From Selaginella moellendorffii (taxonomy: Eukaryota > Plantae > Lycopodiophyta): 64,000 nt of DNA. This document shows, piece after piece, positions 34,601 through 47,479 of the stretch. The stretch spans positions 1-64,000 of the forward strand of contig NW_003314387.1 in assembly GCF_000143415.4 (NCBI RefSeq). The letters run 5' to 3'. The notes under the pieces were generated by a model. The model was given only the letters and a program-made list of their open reading frames with translations. It searched no databases and was not told the origin of the DNA. The translations under genes and the position numbers were made by a program. Every line of letters starts with the position of its first letter. Position 1 is the first letter of the stretch.

Positions 34601-37600
34601 CTAGTTCCTTTGCACTACTAAGTTCTCTCACTTGAAATATTTGTGATCATACATAGACTCTTCCATGCTTGGCCCCATGGGCCACCCCTTTTGAAGTTAG
34701 CACCTTCAACTAGGGGATTTGTTCCCCTGACTTGCCACTCTCGCTTTGCAAGTCATCCAACTAATGTAACATGGTTTCATGCATAAGCGTGAAAGTCCTT
34801 GACTATCGACTTTCGTTCAAAGTCATCCCTTTGAACACTCGGGAACTACTTCCTCAACCTTGATAGCATTGCCTTATGGCAAGCTTCAAGATCACACTTT
34901 TGCTGTGCCACTCTGATTTCGCATGTTCTATGAACCATTTACACTGGCCTTTCTAGATACTATGCTACCTAGAATTGTCTTTGGAAACCTTGAAGGACCT
35001 CTGTCCCTTAGCTTGCTAAGGCCTCTCCTTTCGCAAGCTTTCTAATTACCATATGGTCTAACATGGACAATTTCATGCTTTAGACTTTCTATGGCACCAC
35101 AGTTGTTAGTAACAATATACTCGAGTGCCTACTTAATTCTCCACTCCCAACTGACATAACCACTCTTAGTTATGCTCTTCAATTTCTATAGTTTGGTTCT
35201 ATCCCTTTACTACTTGCTTTTGGCTTTACATATTTCCTTTAGTTATTCGCCTCCAGACTAAAAGGATAATTTTGCACTTTCTATCATGCCTTAACAAGTA
35301 TTCTTAGGGATGAACCTACCCGATAGCCTAGGGAGTGGTTTTTCAATCTGGGTATACTCACCTTATAATCCCACACACTAGGATTAACGTTGCTACATAT
35401 GGGCCTTTATATGCCCATCACTAGCTTTGCCAAAATTCCATTTTTGTCTTTGTCCAATTCGGGTAGATGGACTTCTCCTGTCTCCGCAACCTTGGACGTT
35501 TGGATAGCACTTTCTATCTATCATTTGCTAGGGACTTAGTCCTTTGGGCCTTATCTATTGCCCTCATAACATCAAACACCACCTCCTTGTGTTCTAGAAT
35601 GTTTGGGTGTCCCAATGATAGCCTCTTTGACAATGAACATTCCCTTTTACAACATTGACTTACTATATCGCAACATAAGCAATTTATCCCCCATAATGGT
35701 ATATCTAACTTCCTTATACCATTAAAAAGTCTTGGGTAGCTACCTTCTACCAGTTTAACCAATTATTTTGCACCTTTTGCTTAGTTGCTTCATAGTTGTC
35801 AAGTCCTACAACTCATTGCTAATGCTTCCACATCTCCATCATTATCTGGGTCACCACACTCCAATTGCATGCCTTCCAGCTTAGGCTATGCCATTCCCAT
35901 TTCCATTAGGATTCTTTTGGGAAGGGGTTCTCGTGAACCCACCAACTTGACCTCAAAGCATCACGTATTAGCACATTCGGTGTTGCCAAACCATCAGCTC
36001 TATGAGCCTACCTTATGACACTTCTTATTTGTGTCTAGGTCTTTACCAAGACCAATACAATCATTTCTAATGCCAACTATCCATTAGCACTGCACCATAT
36101 AGTTTAGACGCAACTTTGTGTCAAAGTTGTTTTCTTCTGGGAACCTCTTTCCCATAACTTTAATATGGCACATTCTGCCATCAATGAGATACCCACTATT
36201 CTCACACTTGGATCTTATGATCCTCCCCATCCTTCGTGGGGTACAACACACTTCAATCCAAATTTTTCTACTATTCCTCTAAGATTATTCCTTGACTTCA
36301 CTCGAGTCATCTAGCTTTTTGGACTTCACTAATCCAACGACTTATAAGGTCCCATTTTGAGGTGCCAGCTCGTTAAAATATAACTCCTTGTATTCATGTT
36401 CTACCTATAAAGACTATTCTTGCAAGTGTTACTTTGACACTTGATTATTCTTTATTCTATGTGGGCTACTTTTGCCCCTTAGGACTATTTGTCCATGTGA
36501 TAAGAATACCAACTCATCCTCTAAGTACACCCCTAATATCTTAGGTTGTTCTAACATTTATTAAGGGTAGCCTCAGCTACCATTTCAAGGACTTGTGTCC
36601 TTTTTCATATTTGACCTTCCACGGTCATTAATTTTGGTCTCAAATTCAAAAGCACCAACCTCAACTATATAAGGATAATCTTGTGACTCCTTTATTTTTT
36701 TGGAGTTTTTATTTTTCCCGTGATCCCAACTATAATTTTTTACCACAACTATATTAGCTAGTTTGCTGAGTCAAACATTCATCTAGATCACATCCTCAAC
36801 TCTTTGAGGAAACCTTATACTGTTCCCAAAATCCTAGAGTCGTTCCCTTATTAGCCATTTTCTATCCACCACCTTGCATACAAGTTCACACATGAACTGT
36901 AATGGGGAGTCCTGTCTTCTCAACCTACTACTCCTCAAGGATAGGCCCACTTCTAGGACCTTCCGATATCGACACAAGTGGTGATATATTTAAGCGCCAA
37001 TAAAAGTCGGACTAAGGAACAACTTAGATACCAAATTGTAAGCGACTAATTTTTCCATTCTACTTTAGTCATTTAACCACACCTCTGACCACTTGGAGGA
37101 GTCTCATTCACAACCTCCTTAAGTCCAATTTAGGACTTGGGACTTGCTAGCCCCGAGAATGGTATCCATGCCACTCATCCTTTGCACTTGGTCCAAGTGC
37201 TCCACGTGTCTGGTCCCAAAACCAACATCCCAAGATACCACCGACATACCAGCTCGTTATGCTAAGCCCATGCCCATTCACCTTGGTCACACCGGTGGTC
37301 GAACACCACCTACATCGCAGTCCCGTCTCTCAACAACTGGGCCATCTGTCCAGAAGTGACCATCCAAGATCCACTCCTTAGCATCCTTAAGATGTCTGCA
37401 AACATGGGGAACTGCCTTCCCCAATATCCCTTTTACAATCCCCACCAAGTCCCTTTTCTGTCCATGGCTGAGTTTGCTTACACTGCCACTGGGACAAGGC
37501 CCACGGGCCCGACCACTAAGTCCCACTGTCCTCTAGGACTTTCTCACCACATGACCATATCCTTGGTCACCACACTAGAAGACTGCTCCTCTTCCATTCT

Positions 37601-38574
37601 ACAGTCTGGGACTTTGGGACAACATTTCTGAACACCATGGCTTTATGCGAGCCTTGTGGGTACTCTCCTCACTTTCTGCCTTTAGGTGCTCTAGCCATGG
37701 GCTTAGAGCGAGGTTCCAATGAGCCACACTAGATATCCAAGTAGGTAGTGCCACCCACACTTGGATTGGGAGCATCAACCATTCGATCTCCCGGGAGAAC
37801 AAGAGCCAGCTCTTGAACACTTCACCAAGCTACCCTACTTGATGGTCCATAATTACTCTAGCCTTAGACCTCCCAGTGGTTATTCTGTCACCCAACACTT
37901 GGGTACAGCCTTTCTGGGCTAAACTGGCCTTTCCTAGCCAAATTGACTCCACTAGAGTCCTCCCTCTACTATACTTTTGGAGCTCACCAAACCCTCTAGA
38001 GTCTGGGAGATGAATGCTTTGGGCTTTCACCCTCGGACTCAGGCTCGAGCTCGGGCTTGGTCTCGGCCTCAGCCTCGGTCTCGGTCTCGGTCCCGGTCCA
38101 AGTCCTGTGTCCCGGTCCCGATCTCGGTCTTGGTCTTGACCTCGGACTCCATGTCAGGTCCTTCTTGGACTCCATCTCGGACTCCATCTCAGTCCATCTT
38201 GGTCCATCTCGGACTCCATCTTGGGTCCATCTCGAACACCATCTTAGACTCCATCTTGGGTCCATCTCGAACTCCATCTCGAACTCCATCTCGAACTCCA
38301 CCTCGAACTCCATCTTGGACTCCATCTCAGGTCCATCTCGGACTCCACCATATGTCATGTGTTAGTCCTCTTATGTCCCTTTTCTAGAGACTCTCTTATT
38401 GCTCACTTCATACTCATTCCTTGAGCACTTCATTGGGAGTCCCACTCCCACTCTCGACCTTTTAAGTCGAAGTTTTTAGTCCAAATGTGTTACGCTTGTT
38501 TTGCTTTCGCTTTGGCCACTACCACGTGGCACCCTTTTGGCTCCACTTTGGGGCTTAAGGATTTGTGTCTCACA
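31662..38574 (-). mobile_element. Family A non-coding LTR element, copy A2 (3' LTR <31662-32964, 5' LTR 37037-38574)
   Basis: Both LTRs end ...tgtgtctcaca. PPT complement follows 32964; degenerate PBS (gatacca) precedes 37037. The right end is followed by ctctc and the interior of another A LTR, so it is inserted in A3. Confidence 0.85.
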
Positions 38575-41500
38575 CTCTCAAATATTAAGTGATCTTTTCA
38601 TAAGTGGTCATCCTAGACCACACCTTAACATCCTTAAAATGCCCAAAGATAGGGGGAACACCCTTCCCCAATATCCTTTCTTCAATCCCCACCAAGTCCC
38701 TCTCCATCTATAGCTGTGCTTGCTGATACTGCCACTGGGTAAGGGCCTGAAGGCCCAACCATTAAGTTCTATTGACCTCTGGGACTTCCTCACCATGTGA
38801 TTTTATCCTTGGTCACACTACACATAAGAATTGATCTTGTTTCTTTCCATAATCTAGGTCTTTAAGATGACAATTCGAAACACTATGGCCCTATACAAGC
38901 CTTATGAGTACTCTCCCCACCTTTTACTTTTGGGTGTCCTAGCCATGTGGCTAGAGTGAGGTTTCAATAAGCCACACCAGGTATCCAAGTAGATAGTGCC
39001 ACCTCCACTTGGATTGGGAGCATTAGCCATTCAATCTCCTGGGGGAGCGAAAGCCAACTTTTGAACACTTCACTAAATTACCCCACTTATTTATTTGTAT
39101 TCACCCTACCTTTGGACTCTTTAGTGGTTATATTATCACCCACCATATGGGTATAGCTTTCTTTGGTCATATTGGCCTTTCTTGGCAAAACTAGCTCCAC
39201 TAGAGTCCTCCCTCTACTATACTTTTGGAGCTCACAAAACCCCATAAAGTCTGGGAGACGATTACTTTGGGCTTTCACCCTTGGTCTCGGATTCAGACTT
39301 GGACTTGGACTTAGACTCAGACTCAAACTCTATTTCAGTCTCAGTCTCGATCTCGGTCTCGATCTCAGTCTCGATCTCAGTCTTAGTCTCAGTCTTGTCC
39401 TTGGACTCGACCTCAGACCTCATCTTAGTCTCCATCTCGAACTCAACCTCGGACTCCATCTCGGGTCCATCTTGGACTTTATCATAGGTCCATCTCAGGT
39501 CCATATTGGATTCCATCTCAGACTCCTTCTCAGACTCATTCCTTACACTTCTATGTATCACAACATTTACCATGTGTTAGTCTTTCTTGTATCCCTTTTT
39601 AGAGACTCATTCATTGTTTCATACTCATTCCTCTAGCACTTTGTTCGAGGTTCTACTCCCACTCTTGACTTTCCAAATCAAAGCTTTTGGTCCAAACATG
39701 TTATGTTTGTTGGCTTTCCACTTCAACCACTATGATGTGGCACCCTTTTAGCTCCACTTTGGGGCTTAGGGATTTGTGCATAACTCTATTACCCATAGAC
39801 GAAGTTTAATATTCTCATCGAATAATAAACTATTTTATAAAATAACTTTATTATGGGTTACCATTTTCATCCTTGGCACTAAGCCAATATTTATCAATAG
39901 TTCTACACCAAAGGCTCACCATGCCTTGTCTATCCTCACAAGGGTATAGTGTCTCCAATTTAGAAATCTCCCTTTATTTGTTTAGTTCTCGCTTTTGGTC
40001 TCAATTTTACTACTCATTCTGGAGTAAGCTCAGGCTCTACCAACATAGCCATCACACTTTAGGATTTTAATATTGACATTTCAAGTCAATTTCTTAGGTG
40101 TTACATTACACCAGTTATACAAACACTACTTTCCCATAGTTTATGCTAGGGTTGTCTATAGTTCTATCATTTGGCTATCTTGCTGTTCCCTCTCTTGGAG
40201 CTTTCACTTTCTGCATATTAGAACATTCGGGAATCCATCCTTAGAAACATATTTCCTTTCTCATAATTTGTTAGTATCCAACACCTAAATGTTCCACGCC
40301 TAACTTTGCCACTTGGATTCTTTTCAATAATTTCCATAGCCCAATCTTGGCTACTAGTCTTTTACTCTAATTTTTTAATTTTTTTACCAAGCAATATAGG
40401 AACACTATTTCCATCATCGAGGTATGTTTTTGGTTCTATAGTAAAGGCTCTATTTTGCCAAATCCAAAAGATGTTTATTCCTAGTAAGTTTTTTTAATAT
40501 TTTTTGCTATGGGCTCTATCCATAGCCCAACTTTGTAACCTTTCTATAGGTGTTTCTTAAAGATTACTTTCTTGGACTCACTATATTAATATAGCATATT
40601 CCCTTAAGTGTCTTTTCCATTTGGTCACCTCGACCAAGTCATACCATCACTAATAGTTCAAATCAACACTTTGAACTAGGAATCTTATTCCTTAACTTAA
40701 TAAGGGCTTTGTCCTTATTTAGTTATAAGATCATCTAATGATCTCACTTTAACACTTTGATTATGACCTCTGCACCTAAGCTAGCCCTTTGAGCCAAGAG
40801 TCCATAATAACTGAGATTGGGTGTCTTTATTTCATTCACCACATCCTTAATGCCACTTACACTAAAGTGTTCAAATTAAATATGTTGAGCTTTCACATTA
40901 AGCAATTTAACTGTGCATTATGACTCTAGGGCATCCCCCATTTGGTAGTGTGCATAAGCCAACTTCTTTACTAAGAGTCTATAATCACCAAAAAATGAGT
41001 GTCTTTATATTCCAAACCATCATTACACCCTAGTGAGTTAAAACTCAAACCCAAACAATAAAGAGTTAGGACTTGAACCCAACCTTCATATATGCATCTA
41101 CGGGCAACATCACCAAAGATGTCTGGCATAACTCTCCACGCTGGTGCACCAACTTATATTTAACACATGCTACAGATTACAGCTTAGGAACTTAATTCCT
41201 CTGAGCTTCCAAATCTTCTCATTTAACATACTATTTAACCAGTCTGTGATCATACATGAACTCCTCCATGCTTGGCCCCATGGGCCACCCTTTTGAAGTT
41301 AACACCTTCAATTAGGGTTTTAGTTCCTCTAACTTGCCAATCTCACTTAGCAAGTCACCTAACTAATATAACATGGTTTTTTGCATAAGCATGAAAGTTC
41401 TCAAACATTGACTTTTGTTTAAAGCTATTTTTTTGAACACTCGGGAACTATTTCCCAAACCTTGATAACCTCACTTTATGGCAAGTTTCAAGACGATGCT

Positions 41501-43544
41501 TTTGTTGCATCATTTTGATTTTACATATTCCTATGAACTATTTACACTTGGCTTTCTAGGTACCAACTTACCCAGAATTGTCTTTGAGAACATTAAAGGG
41601 ACTCTGTCCCTTAGCATGCTAAGGTTTATCCTTTCATAAACTTCCTTTTTACCATATCATCTAATATGGGTAATTCCATACTTTTAGACTCATTAGCAAC
41701 ACCTTCAAGCACCCATTTGATTTTCCACTCCCAATTTGCATAGTCACCCTTAGCTATGCCATTCGATTCTTATAATTCAATTCTATCCCTTTACTACTTA
41801 TTTTTTGGCATCACACGTTTCTTTTGGTTATTCTTCTCCAAGTTAGGAGGATAGCTTTGCACTTTTTACTATGCCTTAGCAAGTATTTATAGGGATTAAT
41901 ATACTCAATAGCCTAGGGAATAGTTTTTCAATTTGGATATGTTCACCTTGTAATCCCACATACTGGGATTAACATTGCTACTTATGGGCTTTTATATGCC
42001 TATCTCTAGCCTTGCTAAATCTTTTTGGCTTTGTCTAATTTGGATAAATAGACTTCTCTTGTCTCCGCAACCTTAGACGTTGGATAACACCTCCTAACCA
42101 TTATTCATTAAAAACCTAGTGTTTTGGGCCTTATCCAATACCTTCATGATACCAAACACTACTTCTTGGTGTCTTAAAGTGTCTAGGTGTCTCAATGATG
42201 GCCTTATTTGATAATGAGTATTTCCTTTTACGACATTGACTCACTATATCGCAATATAAGTAATTAATCCTTCAAGGGATAGATCTAACCTTTTTATTAT
42301 CATAATAAAAAGTTTTGGGAAGTTAACTTCTACCAATTTAATCAATTATACCACATTTTTTCTTTAGTTGCTTCATAGTTGTCAAGTTTTACAACTCATT
42401 ACTAGTGCTTCCACATTTCCATCCTTGTTTAGCTTAATGCACTCAAATCATATGCCTTCTAACTTAGGTTATGCCAATATTATTTCCATTGGGATTCCTT
42501 TAATAAAAGGTTCCTTAAACCAATTAAACCTTAAGGCATTATCCTTTGAGACATTTAGGGTCTCCACCCCATTAACTCTACAAACCTACCCTCAAGACAC
42601 TTTCCACATGTGTTTAGGTTTTGCTAAGACCAAAGTAGTCATTTCTTACCAATTATTGATTAACACTACTTTATAGTGTTTATATACAACTTTTTGTCAA
42701 AGTTGTTGTCTTCTGTAAACACTTTTTCATGGCTTTAGTATGACACTTTCCGCCATCAATAAAATACCCATTGTTGTCATACTTAGATCTCATGATCCTC
42801 CCAGACCTTCGTAAGGTACAACACATCTTTATTCAAACAAGATTCCTCTAAGCCTTTGGGACCATCTCTTAACCCTACTGAGTCATATAACTTTTAAACT
42901 TTGTGAATCTGATGTCCCATAAAGCTTTAGCCTCTTGGCTACTTTTGAAGTGTCATCACACTTGAATACAACTTCTTGTATTTGTATCTTATTCACAAGG
43001 AATGTCTTCTCAAGTGTTATTTTGACACTTGTTTACCCTTTATTCTATATAGGCTATTTTCACTCCTTAGAATTATTTTCCCATATAATGAGAATACCAA
43101 TTGATGCTTTGAATGCACCCCACAATTCCTTGGGTTGCACTGGCCTTTACTAAATGTCGCCCCAGCTATTATTTCAAGAACACATGCCCTCATCTGTATT
43201 TGACCTCCCATAGCTATTAACTCTAGTCTTAAATTTATAAACACTATCCTCAGCTATATAAGAATAATCTTATGACTCCTTTATTGTCTCAAGGTCTCTA
43301 TCTTTTCCATGATCCCAACTATAGTTGTTTATCACAACCACATCAGTTGGCCAAAGTCATTCTCTTATTGGCCCCTTTCTATCTACCACATTGCTAACAT
43401 ATTTACATATAAACTAAGGTGGAGAGTCAAGCCTTCTCGACATGCTATTCCTCAAGGATAGACCCACTTTTGGGACCTTCTAATGCTAATACAAGTGGTG
43501 ATATACTTAACCATCAATAAGTGTTGAACTAAGAAACAACTCCA
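38575..43544 (-). mobile_element. Family A oldest copy A3 (3' LTR remnant 38575-~39782, internal region to 43544; resumes at 59068-59124)
   Basis: Colinear with A1/A2 but AT-shifted. Its PBS is split: gaaacaactcca (43544) | ataccaaat tgtaaacaattaaattttcc (59073 onward). Confidence 0.8.
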
Positions 43545-44547
43545 TGTAAGAGACTAAATTTTCCATTCTACTTTAGTCACTTAACCACACCTCCGACCAT
43601 TTGGAGGAGTCTCATTCACAACCTCCATTAGTCCAATTCAGGACTTGGGACTTGTTAGCCCCAAGAATGGCATCCATGCCACTCAACACTTGCACCTAGT
43701 CCAAGTGCTCCACGTGTCCGCTCCGAAGACCGACACCCAAAGGTACCACTGACATCTCGGCCTGTTACGCTAAGGCCATGCCCATTCACCTTTGCTGCAC
43801 TAGTGGTCCAATACCACTTGCATCACCATCCCGTCTCTCCAAGACTGGGCCATCTGTTCACGAGTGGTCATCCTAGATCCACTCCTTAGCATCCTTAGGA
43901 TGCCCACCGACCTGGGGAATCGCCTTCCCCAAAGTCCCTTTGTCAGTTCCTACCAAGTCCCTTTCTGCCCCTGGCCGTGTTTACCAACACTGCCACTGGA
44001 TCGAGGCCCACAGGCCCGACCACTAAGTCCCATAGTCCTCTGGGACTTCCTCACCACACGACTGTGTCCTTGGTCACTACCCCAGAGGATTGCTCCTCTT
44101 CCTTTCCACAGTCTAGGCTTTTGGGACAACATTTCGGAACACCGTGGCCTTACGCGAGCCACCTGGGTACTCTCCCCGCCTTTCGCCTTTAGGTGCTCTA
44201 GCCATGGGCTTAGAGCGAGGTTCCGTTGAGCCACGCCTGGTATCCAAGTAGGTAGTGCCACCCACACTTGGACTGGGAGCATCGGCCAGTCGATCTCCCG
44301 GGGGAACTAGAGCCGGCTCTTGAACACTTCACCAAGCTACCCCGCTTGTCGGTCCGTATTCACTCTAGTCTTGGACTTCCCAGTGGTCAGTTCATCACCC
44401 AACACTGGGTCTGGCCTTCCTGGGCCAAACTGGCCTTTCCTGGCCAAACTGGCTCCACTGCAGTCCTCCCCCTTACTATACTTTTGGAGCTCACCAAACC
44501 CCCCAGAGTCTGGGAGACGAACGCTTTGGGCTTTCACCCTCTCAGGC

Positions 44548-45456
44548 TCCGGACTCGGACTCGGACTTGGACTCGGACTCAGACTCGGATTCGGACTCGG
44601 ACTCGGGCTTGGGCTCGGTCTCGGCCTCGGCCTCGGTCTCGGCCTCGGCCTCGGTCTCGGCCTCGGCCTCGGTCTCGGCCTCGGCCTCGGTCTCGGCCTC
44701 GGCCTCGGTCTCGGTCTCGGTCCCGATCTCGGTCTCGGTCCCGGTCTCGGTCTCGGTCCCGGTCTCGGTCTTGACTTCGGACTCCATCTCGGACTCCATC
44801 TCGGACTCCATCTCAGACTTCATCTCGGGTCCATCTCGGGTCCATCTCGAACTCCATCTCGGACTCCATCTCGGGTCCATCTCGGACTCCATCTCGGACT
44901 CCATTTCGGGTCCATCTCGGGTCCACCTCGGACTCCATCTCGGACTCCATCTCGGACTCCATCTCGGGTCCATCTCGGGTCCATCTCGGACTCCATCTCG
45001 GACTCCATTTCGGGTCCATCTCGGGTCCACCTCGGACTCCATCTCGGACTCCATCTCGGACTCCATCTCGGGTCCATCTCGGACTCCACTTCGGACTCCA
45101 ACTCGGGTCCATCTCGGGTCCACCTCGGACTCCACTTCGGACTCCATCTCAGGTCCATCTCGGGTCCACCTCAGACTCCACTTCGGACTCCATCTCGGAC
45201 TCCACTTCGGACTCCATCTCGGACTCCATCTCGGGTCCATCTTGGACTCCACTTCGGACTTCAACTCGGGTCCATCTCGGACTCCACTTCGGACTCCAAC
45301 TCGGGTCCATCTCGGACTCCACTTCGGACTCCAACTCGAGTCCATCTCGGACTCCACTTCGGACTCCAACTCGGGTCCATCTCGGACTCCACTTCGGACT
45401 CCAACTCGGGTCCATCTCGGACTCCACTTCGGACTCCAACTCGAGTCCATCTCGGA
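44548..45456. repeat. Hexamer plus 11/12-mer tandem array inside the A LTR (GACTCG, GTCTCG/GCCTCG, CTCGGACTCCAT, CTCGGGTCCAT)
   Basis: Directly visible. Related arrays at ~31943-32738, ~38031-38348, ~39283-39540 and ~58300-58836. Confidence 0.95.
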
Positions 45457-47479
45457 CACTCCCACGTGTCATGTGTTGGTCCTTTTGGGTCCCTTTTTGG
45501 AGCCTCGCTTTTTGCTCGCTTCGTGCTCGTTCCTCGAGCACTTCTTTGGGAGTTCCACTCCCGCTCTTGACTTTTCAAGTTGGAGCTTTTGGTCCAAACG
45601 TGTTACGCTCGTTTGGCTCTCGCTTCAGCCACTACCACGTGGCACCCTTTCTGGCTCCACTTTGGGGCCTAGGGATTTTGTGTCTCACAACTCCACCACC
45701 CATAGACGATGTTCGATGTCCTCATCGAACGGTAAACCCTTTCATAAAGTAACACCCACACGTGTTACCATTTCCATCCTTGGCACCTAGCCAATCTTTG
45801 TCTATGGTTGACACCAAAGGCTCACCATGCCTTGTCCATCCTTTAAGGAGCGTAGTCTCTCCAACTTAGAGACTGATTGGACCACATGTAATGGTTCTCT
45901 CCTTTTATTGGTTTAGTTCTCGCTAAACCTCTTAGAGACCCTTCTCTAAGTCAATCCCACTACTCCTTCTCGAGTAGTCTCAATTTCCATCGATATAACC
46001 TCTGCACTTAGGAACTTTGAATTTTGACTCCTTGGAGTCAATTTCCTAGGTGTCTCCGACACCTTGCCTTGCACCTTTTGTGCAACTCCACTTCCCATCC
46101 TAGGAAGTTCTCTACTCGAGGGCACCATCATCCTCTCTTCTATTTCGTGCCAAAGTTCCAGTTATCATACTTTGTGCTAGGGCTGTTCATGGCCCTATCA
46201 TTTGGCTACCTTACCGCTCCCTCCCTTGGAGTTTCCACTTTCGCCAAATCGGAGCAATTCGGAATCCATCCTTGGAAACACACTTCCTTTCCCGCAATTT
46301 GTTAGCGTCCAACACATTAGTGTTCCTCGCCTAACTTTGTCACTTGGATTCCTTCCCAGGGATTCCACGGCCCTATCTTGGCCACTCACCTTTTGCTCCT
46401 ATCCGTTGATTGTTGCACCGAGCAACGTCGAATCTCTACCTCCCTCCTTGAGGTATTCTTTTGATTCCATAGCAAAGGCTCTGCTTTGCCAAGACTAGGG
46501 TGTTCACCCCTAGTAAGTCTCTTTTAGCATCTTCTGCTATGGGCTCTATCCTCGGCCCAACTTTGTGACCCTCTCATGGGTCTCTTTAGAGACTACTTTC
46601 CTTGGACACACTATGCCATCGCAATGGCATAGCTCATTTCCCTAAGGTGCTTTTCCCACTTGGTCACCTTGACCAAGCCACACCATCATCAATAGTTCAA
46701 ATCAACACTTTGAACTAGGAACCTTATTCCTTAACCCAAACAAGGACCTTGTCCTTATTTAGCCACAAGATCACCTAGTGATCTCACCTCGGCACCTTAA
46801 CAGGTTTGCCAATAGGTACTAGGTCTTCCAGACCTTTAACTTGTTAACTACGACCCCGGGGGCATCCCCCACACTTGGCGGTGCGCCCAAGCCAGCCCTT
46901 CCGGCCAAGGGTCCATAGCAACTGAGATTAGGTGTCCCCATCTCACTCACCACGTCCTTGGTGCCACTTGCACCAAAGCGTTCAAGTTAGATATGCCGAG
47001 CTTTCACACTAAGCAATCTAACCGTGCATCACGACTCCGAGGCATCCCTCGTTTGGCGGTGTGCCCAAACCAGTCTCCCCACTGAGAGTCCATGACCACC
47101 GAAATATGAGTGTCCTCATATTCCAAACCATCACCATGCCCTAGTGATTTGGGACTCGAACCCAAGCACTAGAGGGTCGGGACTCGAACCCAACCTCCGT
47201 ATATGCATCTACGGACGGCATCACACAAGATGCCTGGCGTGACTCCCCACGCCGGTGCACCAACTTATTTTTAAAGCGCGCTACAGATCACAGCTTAGGA
47301 ACCTAGTTCCTCCACACTGCCAAGTCCTCTCACTTGACACGTTTGTGATCATGCATGGACTCCTCCATGCTCGGCCCCATGGCCCACCCTTTTTGAAGTT
47401 ATCACCTTCAACTAGGGTATTTGTTCCCCCGACGTGCCAATCTCGCTTGGCAAGTCCTCCGACCACTGTAACATGGTTC

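Noticed and set aside
44548-45456. CRISPR-like appearance of the repeat arrays
   Set aside because: There are no unique spacers and no cas genes, and the context is a eukaryotic LTR.
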